This document shows, in pieces, positions 42,028 to 52,151 of a stretch of DNA of 64,000 bases. Position 1 is the first letter of the stretch. Each line of letters starts with the position of its first letter. The stretch comes from an uncultured Bacteroidota bacterium (GTDB lineage Bacteria; Bacteroidota; Bacteroidia; Bacteroidales; GCA-2748055), in contig CAVQUO010000021.1 in the NCBI GenBank assembly GCA_963716765.1, forward strand, positions 141,995-205,994. The letters are read 5' to 3'. The position numbers and the translations under genes were made by a program. The notes below the pieces were generated by a model. The model saw nothing but the letters and a program-made list of their open reading frames with translations, was not told where the DNA came from and did not search any database.

Positions 42028-43312
42028 AAAGAGACATACCGACAGCAAGGATTTCCTCCACTATTTGAAAGATGAACTTTCAAACCAGGAGCGACACGCG
42101 CTTGAGCAGGGACTGGAGTCCGATCCTTTTGAAAAGGAGGCCATGGAGGGCCTTGAAAGTATCTCTCCCGGAAAAGCTGAAGAGGACATTTTATCCCTCC
42201 ATGCCTCTCTGAATAAACGTTTGGGCAGGAGAAGGAGGAGAACCTGGTACGGCATTGCAGCCACCGCCGCCTCCATCCTGCTCGTGGGCACCATCTTCCT
42301 AAATATTTACGACCTTAATCCCAATGATAAGGATAGTGAAGTCCTTACCGAAGAATCTTTCAGGGATCTGAACCCCGAAAGGGAGCTTCCTGCAGCACCC
42401 ACATCAAAAGAACCTGCAGAGGAATTGGAGACCGAAACACCTGTATACTCTGAAGAAAAAGCCAGGGCAGAGGAGCCTGCAAGTAAAGGTGAGAAAAAAG
42501 CGGCTCAGAAAAAGGCTGAGGCCCAGGCAGAAGTGGTGGCCCAGGCAGAAGTGGTGGCCCAGGCAGAAGTGGTGGCCCCTGATGAAGATGTGGTCCATGA
42601 TGAAATTGCCATAGATGTGGCACTGGAAGAGGATGCAGAAATTGTCGCTGTGGAAGCTGTACCAAAAAGAAGTAAAAGGTCTGCCACCAAAGAGCAGATG
42701 ACGGCGCCGGCCGGTCAGACTGCTACAGCACGCCAGGTCAGTGGCATTGTGGTTTCATCGGATGATAAAGAACCTCTTCCCGGGGTAAGTCTTGTGGTCA
42801 GAGGTTCAAATACAGCCACCGTAACAGATATGGAGGGTCGTTTTACCCTTCCTGCTGAAGACTCCCAGGCTACGGTGATTGCCAGCTTTATAGGGATGGA
42901 AACCGAAGAGTACCAGCTCAACAGAGAAAGCGAAAACCAACTGATAATGCTGCCCGATCCGGTCACTTTGGATGAGGTGGTGGTGCTTGCCACTGGGAAT
43001 GAAGAGGAAACAGCTCCCTCCTATTCCTCAGCGGAACCCATTGGGGGATATAAAATGCTCCATGATTTTGTGGAGGAAAACATGGTGTTTCCTGAAGAAT
43101 ATACCCTGGGAGAACGTGAAATTGTGATCCTCCGATTTATTGTAAACTCAAACGGTTCAATAAGCAATATTGAAACGCTCCGCACTCCCGGAGAATCCTT
43201 CACTCGTGAAGCCACCCGTTTACTTCAGCAAGGGCCCGGATGGTCCTCGGCCAGGCTTAACGGAGAGCCCACCGATGAGCAGGTCCGAATAAGAATCGTA
43301 TTTAAGAGATAA
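42017..43312 (+). CDS. putative anti-sigma factor with TM, acidic linker, carboxypeptidase-regulatory-like domain and TonB C-terminal-like domain
   Basis: N-terminal YLKDELS..ERH.LE..LE.DPF..EA.EG; TM WYGIAATAASILL; VSG.V...DDKEPLPGVS..V.G...TDMEGRF; C-terminal LRFIVNSNGSI...EATRLL..GP.W. Confidence 0.75.
   Translation: MCAKKRHTDSKDFLHYLKDELSNQERHALEQGLESDPFEKEAMEGLESISPGKAEEDILSLHASLNKRLGRRRRRTWYGIAATAASILLVGTIFLNIYDLNPNDKDSEVLTEESFRDLNPERELPAAPTSKEPAEELETETPVYSEEKARAEEPASKGEKKAAQKKAEAQAEVVAQAEVVAQAEVVAPDEDVVHDEIAIDVALEEDAEIVAVEAVPKRSKRSATKEQMTAPAGQTATARQVSGIVVSSDDKEPLPGVSLVVRGSNTATVTDMEGRFTLPAEDSQATVIASFIGMETEEYQLNRESENQLIMLPDPVTLDEVVVLATGNEEETAPSYSSAEPIGGYKMLHDFVEENMVFPEEYTLGEREIVILRFIVNSNGSISNIETLRTPGESFTREATRLLQQGPGWSSARLNGEPTDEQVRIRIVFKR
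42521..42574 (+). repeat. 3 x 18-bp in-frame tandem repeat (AQAEVV)
   Basis: GCCCAGGCAGAAGTGGTG x3. Confidence 0.9.
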
Positions 43313-43338
43313 TTGGTTATTATTAAAAATAGAATAAC

Positions 43339-44046
43339 ATGAGATATATACTGAGCATATTGATTAGTGTCCTGGCAATGAATAGTTTTTCACAGTTGGG
43401 ATCAAAAAATTTCATCGATCAAAATTACATTGAAGTAAGTGGGAAGGCTGAAAAGGAGATTACACCGGACCAGATTTATTTAAAAGTGGTGGTGAATGAG
43501 GAGGACTCCAAAGGGAAACAGACTTTGGAAGAGCTGGAAAGAGGAATGATCAGAAAACTTACTGAGATCGGAATCGATGTAAAGGAAGACCTGGTCATCG
43601 TTGATATGGCCAGTAATTTTAAAAACTACTGGCTGAAAAATAAGGATATATACTCCATGAAAGAGTACCAGGTGACTTGTAAGGATGCCCTGACAGCCGG
43701 ACTGGTTTTCCAGGCCTTGGAATCCATAGGCATTTCCAACATAAACATTGAACGTATCGATCACAGTGAAATGGATAAATTTCGTCAGGAAGTTAAGGTG
43801 GCAGCCATTAAGGCAGCAAAGGAGAAAGCAGAAGCCCTGGCAGGAGCGATCGATCAGAGTATCGGAAAGGCGATCCACATTCTGGAACAGGAACACCAGA
43901 TGTACAGGGCACAAACAAGCAATGTACAAATGTCTGCTATTCAAATCAGAGGAACAGCAGGCGACGAATTCCTACCTCAAGCTACAATTGAATTCGAGAA
44001 AATAAAGCTCGAATACACCATACGCGTAAGTTTTGAACTAAAATAA
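43339..44046 (+). CDS. SIMPL domain (DUF541) protein
   Basis: IEVSG.AE.EI.PD.I, AAIKAAKEKAEALA..I...IGKA.I.E, V.FEL end. Confidence 0.88.
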   Translation: MRYILSILISVLAMNSFSQLGSKNFIDQNYIEVSGKAEKEITPDQIYLKVVVNEEDSKGKQTLEELERGMIRKLTEIGIDVKEDLVIVDMASNFKNYWLKNKDIYSMKEYQVTCKDALTAGLVFQALESIGISNINIERIDHSEMDKFRQEVKVAAIKAAKEKAEALAGAIDQSIGKAIHILEQEHQMYRAQTSNVQMSAIQIRGTAGDEFLPQATIEFEKIKLEYTIRVSFELK

Positions 44047-44065
44047 CTAACTAAAAATTACTGAG

Positions 44066-44821
44066 ATGAAGAAGATCTGTTTAACGTATTTCGCGGGCCT
44101 CATTATGTTGTTATCTACCGGTAATTGCTTTGCCCAGGACAAAAGCATTTATGAAGAAATGGGCTTTAAAAGTCTGTTTAACGGAAAGGACCTGACGGGT
44201 TGGAAGGTCCCCGATGGCGACAATGGTCACTGGTCGGTCATCGACGGAGTGATCGATTACGATGCCCGCTCAGAATCCAGCGGAGATAAAAATCTGTGGT
44301 CAGAAACAAAATACCAGGACTTCGTATTACATGTGGAATGGCGCTTCAAGGGATATGGTGACCACCTCTTCCCCCTGCCCACCATCTTACCCGATGGAAG
44401 CTATGTGAAAAATGCAGATGGAAGCATCTTCGAACCCCTGGGACCCAATTCCGATTCAGGAATCCTGCTAAAGGGAGTGGGACAAACCAATCTCTGGTGC
44501 TGGTCGGTGGGTTCAGGTGAACTGTGGAGCGTTCGGAACGACCAGGATCTAACGGCTGAAGCCAGAGCAGCAGCAGTTCCCGCTGAGAATGCTGACAGAC
44601 CCGTAGGCCAGTGGAATGCCTTCGACGTAGTAGTAAAGGGTGATCGCATTACCGTCGTAAATAATGGCATTATCGTCATTAACAACGCCCTGTTCCCGGG
44701 TCTTGACATAAGCGGTCCCATTGGCTTTCAGCACCATGGCGGAATCAACACGGAAACAGGTAAATTACAGGGTGCCTCCAGCCTGGTTCAGTTCAGAAAC
44801 ATCTGGATACAGGAGCTTTAA
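44066..44821 (+). CDS. DUF1080 / 3-keto-disaccharide hydrolase family protein
   Basis: SLFNGKDLTGW, W.V.DG.I, DF.LH.EWR, NSDSG, GQWN, GPIGFQHHG, FRNIWI.EL. Confidence 0.9.
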   Translation: MKKICLTYFAGLIMLLSTGNCFAQDKSIYEEMGFKSLFNGKDLTGWKVPDGDNGHWSVIDGVIDYDARSESSGDKNLWSETKYQDFVLHVEWRFKGYGDHLFPLPTILPDGSYVKNADGSIFEPLGPNSDSGILLKGVGQTNLWCWSVGSGELWSVRNDQDLTAEARAAAVPAENADRPVGQWNAFDVVVKGDRITVVNNGIIVINNALFPGLDISGPIGFQHHGGINTETGKLQGASSLVQFRNIWIQEL

Positions 44822-44850
44822 TCCAGGAGCTGTAATACATAGAATAAATT

Positions 44851-46245
44851 ATGTCAAAAATCAATTCTCGATTTGTTGTGGGAATAGCTCTTATCGGAGC
44901 ACTGGGTGGATTCCTTTTTGGTTATGACTGGGTCGTCATTGGAGGTGCCAAGCCATTTTATGAAAGGTTCTTTTTTATCAATGGAATCCCAAAAATGCAA
45001 GGATGGGTGATGAGTAGCGCCCTGCTCGGGTGCATCATCGGCGCAATGAGTTCTGGGGTGATTAGTGACAGGTTCGGACGTAAAAAGGCCCTCTTTTTAG
45101 CTGCCGCTCTGTTCACATCATCAGCCATCGGAACAGGGGCTTCAAATACGATTGGTCTATTTGTGATTTTCCGGATCTGGGGAGGACTTGGCATTGGTCT
45201 TGCTTCATCAGTATCACCCATATATATTTCAGAAATCTCCCCTGCGAAAATGAGGGGACGCTTAGTTTCCCTCAACCAGCTAACAATCGTTGTGGGAGTA
45301 TTACTGGCTCAGATTATCAATTGGCTTATTGCCAGGCCCGTTCCTGACGGTGCCAGCGATCAGATTATTCTGGAATCCTGGAACGGACAGATGGGATGGC
45401 GATGGATGTTCTGGGCAGAAACAATACCTGCATTGCTCTTTTTTATCCTCCTGTTTACAGTGCCGGAAAGTCCGAGATGGCTGGTTAAGGCCAAACAAGC
45501 AGCTAAGGCATTGGTGATATTTAAAAAAATAGGAGGCCCGGCTTATGCTGAAGAAAGAATTGGTGAAATAAACGAAAGCTTTAAAGAGACATCCACCAGG
45601 AATGATTTTAGGTCCATGATTTCTAAAACAATTTTTCCCATCATGTTGCTTGGAATGGTACTTGCGTTCTTCCAGCAGTGGTGTGGGATAAATGTTGTTT
45701 TCAACTATGCCGAAGAGATATTTTCCTCCGCAGGGTTTGGGGTTAGCGAAACGCTCTTAAATATAGTAATCACAGGTATCGTAAACCTGGTATTCACCTT
45801 TGTGGCTATCAGGACCGTGGATAATTGGGGAAGGCGGACTTTAATGATCTTCGGTTCACTCGGTCTTTCAGTGATCTATATCCTGGTAGGATCGAGCTAC
45901 TATTTTAACTTCAGTGGTTTGATGGTACTGCTCTCCATCCTGGCAGGGATTTCAGTATATGCCATGACACTGGCCCCTGTCACCTGGGTGGTGCTTTCTG
46001 AAATCTTCCCAAACCGGATTCGGGGTGCAGCAATGTCTGTAGCCACCTCAACCCTCTGGATCGGTAGTTTTCTGCTTGTAATCTTATTTCCTGTTCTGAA
46101 TGATGCACTGGGTGCGCACGGCACTTTCTGGGTTTTTGCAGGTATCTGTTTCCTCGGATTCTTGTTTATCCTGAGAAAGTTACCGGAAACAAAAGGTAAA
46201 ACCCTTGAAGAGCTGGAGAAGATCTTAACTCATAAAAATAAATAA
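44851..46245 (+). CDS. sugar porter family MFS transporter (XylE-like)
   Basis: GGFLFGYD, DRFGRK, YISEISP...RG.L, PESPRWL, QQWCGIN, D.WGRR, SEIFP..IRG, PETKGKTLEE. Confidence 0.95.
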   Translation: MSKINSRFVVGIALIGALGGFLFGYDWVVIGGAKPFYERFFFINGIPKMQGWVMSSALLGCIIGAMSSGVISDRFGRKKALFLAAALFTSSAIGTGASNTIGLFVIFRIWGGLGIGLASSVSPIYISEISPAKMRGRLVSLNQLTIVVGVLLAQIINWLIARPVPDGASDQIILESWNGQMGWRWMFWAETIPALLFFILLFTVPESPRWLVKAKQAAKALVIFKKIGGPAYAEERIGEINESFKETSTRNDFRSMISKTIFPIMLLGMVLAFFQQWCGINVVFNYAEEIFSSAGFGVSETLLNIVITGIVNLVFTFVAIRTVDNWGRRTLMIFGSLGLSVIYILVGSSYYFNFSGLMVLLSILAGISVYAMTLAPVTWVVLSEIFPNRIRGAAMSVATSTLWIGSFLLVILFPVLNDALGAHGTFWVFAGICFLGFLFILRKLPETKGKTLEELEKILTHKNK

Positions 46246-46345
46246 AAGGAGAACCTGTCACTTCCGCTTACAGGAGTTATTATAGTTGCCGGGGCTTTAG
46301 TCCTTTTAAAACTCATGTATTCGGATGTTGGCAAAACTACTTTTT

Positions 46346-47152
46346 TTATCCTTTGAAGCAGTGATATTTATCTTCATCCACGAGGGTAAAGAAATCTTTA
46401 ATATGATCAAGCTCCGGATTGGGTTCGTAAAGTTCCCACTTTCCGCTTGCACGCATCCAATAAACCTTCCAGCAGTTCTTACTTTTATTAAATTTTGTCC
46501 TGGCAAAGCTGGAATGGATGATTTTGTCTTTCAATTCAAAATGGGGTCTTATTTCGAATATCTCAAGTGTGAATTTTTCATACTTATATCCGATGTCCAA
46601 TTGATTTCTTATTTCTTTCGGTGGGCGCATATCCTCAACAAAATTTTTGATCTGCGAATGGATAAAATCAATTGTTTTAACATCATGCGTTTTTGATTCC
46701 CCTTTGTCACCCACAATTTCTTCCACTTCAAACTCTTCAGCCTCAAACTCTTCAGCCTCAATTATTGCTTTAACATATTCCTCATATTTCGTTTGTTTGA
46801 AATCAAACCACTTTTGCCTGTAGGGGGAAGTTTCAACTTCCGCTTTGAAATTCGCAAATGGACTTTTTCGGTTTAGGATCCTGACCAGTCCCTCACAAAA
46901 TCGCTCATCCTCCACTTCACCAATAAAATATTCCATCACTTTATAAGCTTCCCTCGATTCCATCTTGGTAAACTCCATGAAATTGTTCCACTTCTTGTCA
47001 ATTTCATCCAGATCTTCCTCCCAGGGGTCAATTTCCATATCATCCCAATCAGGAACAGATTTTATCTCCAGGTTATCCTTATTGAGAAAAACCTTCATCC
47101 CAGCTTCTAATTCCTGGGCGATCTCATGTATAAGTTCTGATGGGATCTTCAT
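46346..47152 (-). CDS. UPF0158 + DUF3024 fusion protein
   Basis: N-half IAQELEAG...MESREAYKVM..F...L.RKSPFANFK..V....RQKWF.FK; C-half RPPKEIR.QLDIGY...EIFEIRP...WKVYWMRASGKW..Y.P...D.D.YHCF.G. Confidence 0.75.
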   Translation of the reverse strand: MKIPSELIHEIAQELEAGMKVFLNKDNLEIKSVPDWDDMEIDPWEEDLDEIDKKWNNFMEFTKMESREAYKVMEYFIGEVEDERFCEGLVRILNRKSPFANFKAEVETSPYRQKWFDFKQTKYEEYVKAIIEAEEFEAEEFEVEEIVGDKGESKTHDVKTIDFIHSQIKNFVEDMRPPKEIRNQLDIGYKYEKFTLEIFEIRPHFELKDKIIHSSFARTKFNKSKNCWKVYWMRASGKWELYEPNPELDHIKDFFTLVDEDKYHCFKG

Positions 47153-47417
47153 CCTGATTTATTCCTTATTCGTTTGCCTAAACATTAGTAAATGTAGCAA
47201 TGTAGATTGTTTTTTGAAATAGTTATTGCTGTTAAACTCTACAGAGCTAAGCCCTTAGTTATACCAGGGCGAATCTGCTTGGATCAATTAAGGATCAATC
47301 AAAACCTTCATGGAATGGGACTTATGCTTCGCTTTGGAAGACAAACTGAACATTCTAAATTCCAAATTGTTATACCTATATAATTTCATAAATATAAGCT
47401 TAAAAAAAAATCACACC

Positions 47418-48218
47418 ATGAAAAAACTTTACACCCTGCTCTTATTATCATTTTTTGCACTGGGACTGCAAGCACAGGTTTCAATCCCCTTCACTTTCGA
47501 AGAAGGTATGGGAGATACAACATGGATCTCCTTTGCTAATGGACCCGATACCCTGGTCAAAACCCTTTCTGTTGTTCCAAATCCTTATCCAATTGAGCCC
47601 AATATGTCTGACAGTGTTTTACAATTTATTGTAAAAGATGAATCGAATACCTGGGTGGGTATGTATACAGATCATGTAGAGGAAATGGCATTTACTGAGG
47701 ATGCTCATTCCATTTCGATGATGGTGATGAAAGAGGTCACCAGTCCGCTCAGGATAAAAGTTGAATTGAGTACCACAGGTGGAGAAGATTTTTCGGTCAC
47801 CGTAGAAAACACCTATGTGGATGATTGGGAATTATTAACTTTTGATATGAGTGGAGCAATTCCGCATTATTACAAGAGGCTAACCATTTTCCCCGATTTC
47901 CCGGAAGCAAGAGATGGCGGATCAACCGCTTATATTGACAACATCGGCTCTACAGTGGACAACACTTCTATTTTTGAACAAAATTCAGGGCATCTTCTTG
48001 AAATCTATCCGAATCCTGTCCAGAACAGAATGTCGGTTAAATATCCTGAAATGACTGGCATCTCTGTATTGGATATACAGGGAAAAACGCTCAAATCATT
48101 TAAATTCCAGGTCACGGACAACAAGATCATTGAACTGAGTGATTTGCCGACAGGAGCTTACATTGTGACTGCTGAAACCAGCGAAGGTAGCTATTCAGGA
48201 TCCTTTATCAAGAAATAA
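47418..48218 (+). CDS. T9SS type-A sorting domain protein (probable carbohydrate-binding domain)
   Basis: Signal MKKLYTLLLL...AQ; C-terminal IYPNPV...V.DIQGK...I.LS.LPTG.Y.V....SFIKK. Confidence 0.88.
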   Translation: MKKLYTLLLLSFFALGLQAQVSIPFTFEEGMGDTTWISFANGPDTLVKTLSVVPNPYPIEPNMSDSVLQFIVKDESNTWVGMYTDHVEEMAFTEDAHSISMMVMKEVTSPLRIKVELSTTGGEDFSVTVENTYVDDWELLTFDMSGAIPHYYKRLTIFPDFPEARDGGSTAYIDNIGSTVDNTSIFEQNSGHLLEIYPNPVQNRMSVKYPEMTGISVLDIQGKTLKSFKFQVTDNKIIELSDLPTGAYIVTAETSEGSYSGSFIKK

Positions 48219-48255
48219 GGGTGCCCACGTAAAAAAGTTTTCGTCGGAATCCGCC

Positions 48256-48299
48256 AAACAAAAATCCCCACGCCTTCGCGTGAGGATTTTTTTTGTTTT
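48256..48299. terminator. hairpin terminator between convergent T9SS gene and tRNA-Ser
   Basis: aaacaaaaatcc-ccacg...cgtga-ggattttttttgttt inverted repeat with T/A tracts. Confidence 0.7.
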
Positions 48300-48370
48300 G
48301 CGGAGAGAAAGGGATTACTCGAAACCTCAGTTTCTCGTGAGCTCGCCATCCTGGCTCGGTTCGAACCCTC
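48299..48370 (-). repeat. tRNA-linked repeat: copy of the tRNA-Ser 3' end with an insertion in the T arm
   Basis: TGCGGAGAGAAAGGGATT at 48299 matches 48415-48432; ~43 nt later TTCGAACCC resumes the match. Confidence 0.75.
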
Positions 48371-48416
48371 CATTCCATCCATTAATACATGTTGTTCTTA
48401 TAAAATAAGAACCTTG

Positions 48417-48503
48417 CGGAGAGAAAGGGATTCGAACCCCCGGTGCCCGTAAGAGCACAACGGTTTTCGAGACCGCCCCGTTCGACCACTCCGGCATCTC
48501 TCC
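48417..48503 (-). tRNA. tRNA-Ser (anticodon CGA)
   Basis: GGAGAGA/TCTCTCC acceptor stem, GCGGT-CTCGAAA-ACCGT anticodon arm, long variable arm, GGTTCGAATCC T arm, discriminator G. Confidence 0.96.
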
Positions 48504-48512
48504 GTTCTTGTG

Positions 48513-48520
48513 CAAAAGTA
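48513..48520 (-). promoter_or_regulatory. putative -7 promoter element TACTTTTG of tRNA-Ser
   Basis: TAnnTTTG ~10 nt upstream of tRNA 5' end. Confidence 0.6.
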
Positions 48521-48559
48521 TAATTTTTTAGCGATATTTGGCAATTCATAAAACCGTCT

Positions 48560-49471
48560 TTGTCATGCGAGCAACCCATCGCTTTTCTAGTATTTAGCAC
48601 ACTCACTAGTCTCATGCCCGGATGCAACACATCTACACCTGTTATCGAGGATGAGATGGCTTATGCTCAGGAGATTAAAGAATGGCAAGAGTCGAGATTG
48701 GAAAGGCTAAAGGGCAAAAATGGCTGGCTGAACCTGGCAGGATTGCTATGGCTTGAAGAGGGAGAGAACAGTTTTGGATCCGATCCCGGCAATGACATTG
48801 TGTTCCCGGAAAAGGCATATGCATTTTGTGGTTCACTTACACTGACAGATGGGAAGGTTACACTGGAAGTAAAAAATGGGGTGGAGATTCGCGAAGGTGA
48901 GACCCTGGTGACAAGCCTGGTGCTAAACGATGATCAGAGCAAATCAACCACTTACCTGCAACAGGGAGATCTTGCCTGGTATATTATCAAGAGGGGAGAA
49001 AAATATGGAATCAGGCTCAGGGACTACAAGCATCCACGACTGGCTGAACTGGACCACATCCCCACCTACCCCATCTCCTTGGAATATGTGGTGGAGGCTC
49101 AGCTTCACCCCTTTGACGAACCCATGGAATTTACAGTGGCCACACCCCTGGAAGGATTTACCGAAACCTACCAGTGCCCTGGTGAGCTTCATTTCAGAAT
49201 CAAAGAAGACGAACTGGTTCTCTTCCCTTTTTCTTCAGGCAAGGGATATTTCCTGGTGATTGCCGATGAAACCACAGGGCTTGACACCTATGGTGCCGGG
49301 CGTTTCATGTATTGCATGCCCGATTCAACAGGACGGATCATTCTTGATTTCAATAAAGCTTATAATCCACCCTGTGCCTTCAGTCCCTATGCCACCTGTC
49401 CCATGCCACCCAGGGAAAATTTCCTGCCGGTGGCCATCGAAGCAGGAGAAAAATCAGTTCACCTGGACTAA
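48560..49471 (+). CDS. DUF1684 domain protein (probable lipoprotein; start uncertain)
   Basis: GWLNLAGL.WL, D.TTG..TYGAGRF, LDFNKAYNPPCAFSPYATCP.PP.EN.L...IEAGEK. Confidence 0.9.
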   Translation: MSCEQPIAFLVFSTLTSLMPGCNTSTPVIEDEMAYAQEIKEWQESRLERLKGKNGWLNLAGLLWLEEGENSFGSDPGNDIVFPEKAYAFCGSLTLTDGKVTLEVKNGVEIREGETLVTSLVLNDDQSKSTTYLQQGDLAWYIIKRGEKYGIRLRDYKHPRLAELDHIPTYPISLEYVVEAQLHPFDEPMEFTVATPLEGFTETYQCPGELHFRIKEDELVLFPFSSGKGYFLVIADETTGLDTYGAGRFMYCMPDSTGRIILDFNKAYNPPCAFSPYATCPMPPRENFLPVAIEAGEKSVHLD

Positions 49472-49481
49472 TACCTTTCAC

Positions 49482-50377
49482 ATGAGGATTTACTCCTGAT
49501 TTTTCTGTATGCTGCCATCGTACTCTCAAGCTGCCTCACTAAAAGCAATTGTCAGGAGCCTCCCAGCCGAAGGCTCCAGGCAAGCTCCGGGATGATTTAT
49601 CAGGAAGGAGATATTGATATCCTTGAAGAAGCATCTTTATGAGTTTGGAGAATACCGGGATCCCACAGCCGAATTAATGCTCATGCTTGGTAACTTCTTT
49701 GAGGATAGTCCCTATGCGGAGCACAGCCTGGAACATGAGCCCGAAGCCCTGGTGGTAAACCTGAGGGAGTTTGACTGCACCACCTTTGTGGAGAGCTGCC
49801 TGGCCATTTCCCGGACCATTCGTTCCGGAGAAACTCAATTTCCAGGCAATTTTCTTCAGAATTGAAAGACATCAGGTACCGCGAGGGGATCGTGGAAGGC
49901 TATAGCCTCCAGAATACACTATTTCAGCGATTGGATCTATCTCAATAATCAAAAGCAAACTTGTCAGGGATATTTCAAAGGAGATCGGGGGCATACCCCT
50001 TCTAAGGAGATATATTTTATGAGTACCCACCCCGATGCTTACCGTCAACTCAGTGAAGGACACAAGACTTGTTGAGATTATTGCCAGCACAGGAGCAGGA
50101 ACTTTCCCAACGGGACATGTATTATGTTCCCAAAGATCGCCTGGGGGAGGTGGAAGCCAGCCTGAGGGAATGGGGATATTGTAGGCATCACAACAAGTAT
50201 CAGCGGCCTGGATGTGACTCACGTGGGAGTGCTGGTGAGGAAGTCTCGGGGCGCATCCATCTTTTGCACGCCTCCTCCAGATTTAAGAAGGTAATTATTT
50301 CAGAAGAGACACTGGAGGACTACCTGGCCAAAAACAAATCAGCCACCGGAATAATGCTCGTCCGGCCTCTTTGGTAA
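49482..50377 (+). CDS. DUF1460 N-acetylmuramoyl-L-alanine amidase-like protein (frameshifted)
   Basis: PY....LE...E.LVVNL.EFDCTTFVE..LA, R.HYFSDW, GLDVTHVG, LLHASS, GI...RP. Confidence 0.8.
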
Positions 50378-50625
50378 GCCTCGTGTTTTAGACACTCTTG
50401 TCCAGGAGATTCTTCAAAGTGATATTTAATATCTGTTTGTTATACTATTTTAGACATTAACGGATATTAAAAATTATTGGGAGATATTTATTATCCGTCT
50501 ATATACCGCATATAGTTAATAAATGGATATCAAATATCTATTTTCGAATTTTATTCGTCCTTTGTATGGACAAAGTCCCAGACCATGCCCCAGCCGACAT
50601 CCGGGATGATGATCGGCTGTCGCCC

Positions 50626-52120
50626 CTAGCCCATGGCAAATCCCAGAATGAGATAGATGACAGTGGTCAGAACACCTATGAGCAGGGCATAGGGTAATTG
50701 GGTTCGCACATGATCGATGTGATCCGAGGCCGACGCCATGGATGAGATGATGGTGGTATCGGAGATGGGTGAACAGTGATCTCCGAAAACGCCCCCTCCC
50801 ATGGTGGCAGCCACCACAAGGTAAGAGATTTGCATCATGCATCTGCGGCCATGGGCAGGGCAATGGAGATCATAATGGCAAAGGTGCCCCAGGAAGTTCC
50901 GGTGGAAAATGCAATAAAGGAGGAGAGAACAAATACAATGGCAGGAAGCAATTGCGGGCGAAAGCCATCCTTCGGTGATACCTGCCACATATATCTCCGG
51001 TACCCAGGGTGTTGCACACATGACTGATGGAAAAGGCAAGCATCATCAGGAGTGCCAGCGGCATCAGTTCACTGATGCCTTTCAGGATCAGGCTCAACCA
51101 TTTTTCTGATCTTCATAATTCCCTGGGCCCGGTATAAGAACCATGGCCACCAGGATGGAGCTGGTCACCGCATACAGTACAGCCGAAGAACCCGATCCCC
51201 GTCCCATGGCCTGGCTAAAATGATCCAGGAATCCCAGCTGGCACTCCTCCACCTCTCCCCAGCCTGTATAGGCCAGGCATAAGATCATCATCACCATCAT
51301 GGTCAGCAGGGGAATGATCATATTCATGGCCCTGGGCCTGATACCCTCCTTCATTTCACAGGAGGTAATCTCATCCGAAACCATGGGCCTGGCTCCGTCA
51401 TTCAGCAGCTTGCCTGTCTCCCTGGTTCGTTTCTCTGCCCGGGCCATGGGACCAAAATCCTTGCGGCTGAGAATCACCAGGAAAACCATCAGAATGGTGA
51501 GCATGGGATAAAAGTTATAGACCATGGCCGAGATCATGGTTCTGAAGGGAGCCTCAATGCCCTGGGTCAGCAAAAGACCCATGATAAAAGCCCCCCAGGC
51601 ATTAAAGGGGATCAGGATGGAACTGGGGGCCGAACTGGAATCGGCAATATAGGCCAGCTTTTCCCTGGGAATTTTCAAGCGGTCAAATACCGGACGGATA
51701 GAGGGTTCCAACCGTCAGGGAACTGATACTGGTTTCGATAAAAAGCAGGATCCCGATTAGCAAGGGCCAGCAGCTCCACCACCACCCTGCTTTTCCCGGC
51801 CTTCTTCTTCTCCAGGGTGATTGAGCAGCTTATCTATCCCGATAATAAATCCCTGTACACCACCCGAATACTGGATAAAAATAAGCAGGGCCCCCACCAG
51901 GGCACTGAACATAATGGTACGGGTATTTCCCGGATTCTGAAATACCTCCACAAAACCCTCCAGGGTTGCCAGGGTTCCCTGCACGGGATTCCAGTCGCTT
52001 ATGATCAGCCAGCCCAGCCAGATTCCAAGAACCAGGGAGATATAGACCTGCCTGGTCCGTAAGTGCCAGGATAATGGCCAGCAGGGGCGGTAATACAGAA
52101 AGAACCCCAAAATCATTCAT
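50626..52120 (-). CDS. NhaC family Na+/H+ antiporter-like transporter (frameshifted)
   Basis: SVLPPLLAI.LAL, REKLAYIADSS, AFSTGTSWGTFAIM, GGVFGDHCSPISDTT, DHIDHVRTQLPYA. Confidence 0.88.
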
Positions 52121-52151
52121 TGTCACTAAGATAGTGAATCATGTGGGAAAC

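Noticed and set aside
46325..46696. 123-aa plus-strand hydrophobic ORF
   Set aside because: Antisense shadow of the DUF3024 domain.
48316..48415. Integrative element between tRNA-Ser and its 3'-end duplicate
   Set aside because: Only ~100 bp lie between the copies and there is no integrase; treated as a tRNA-linked repeat.
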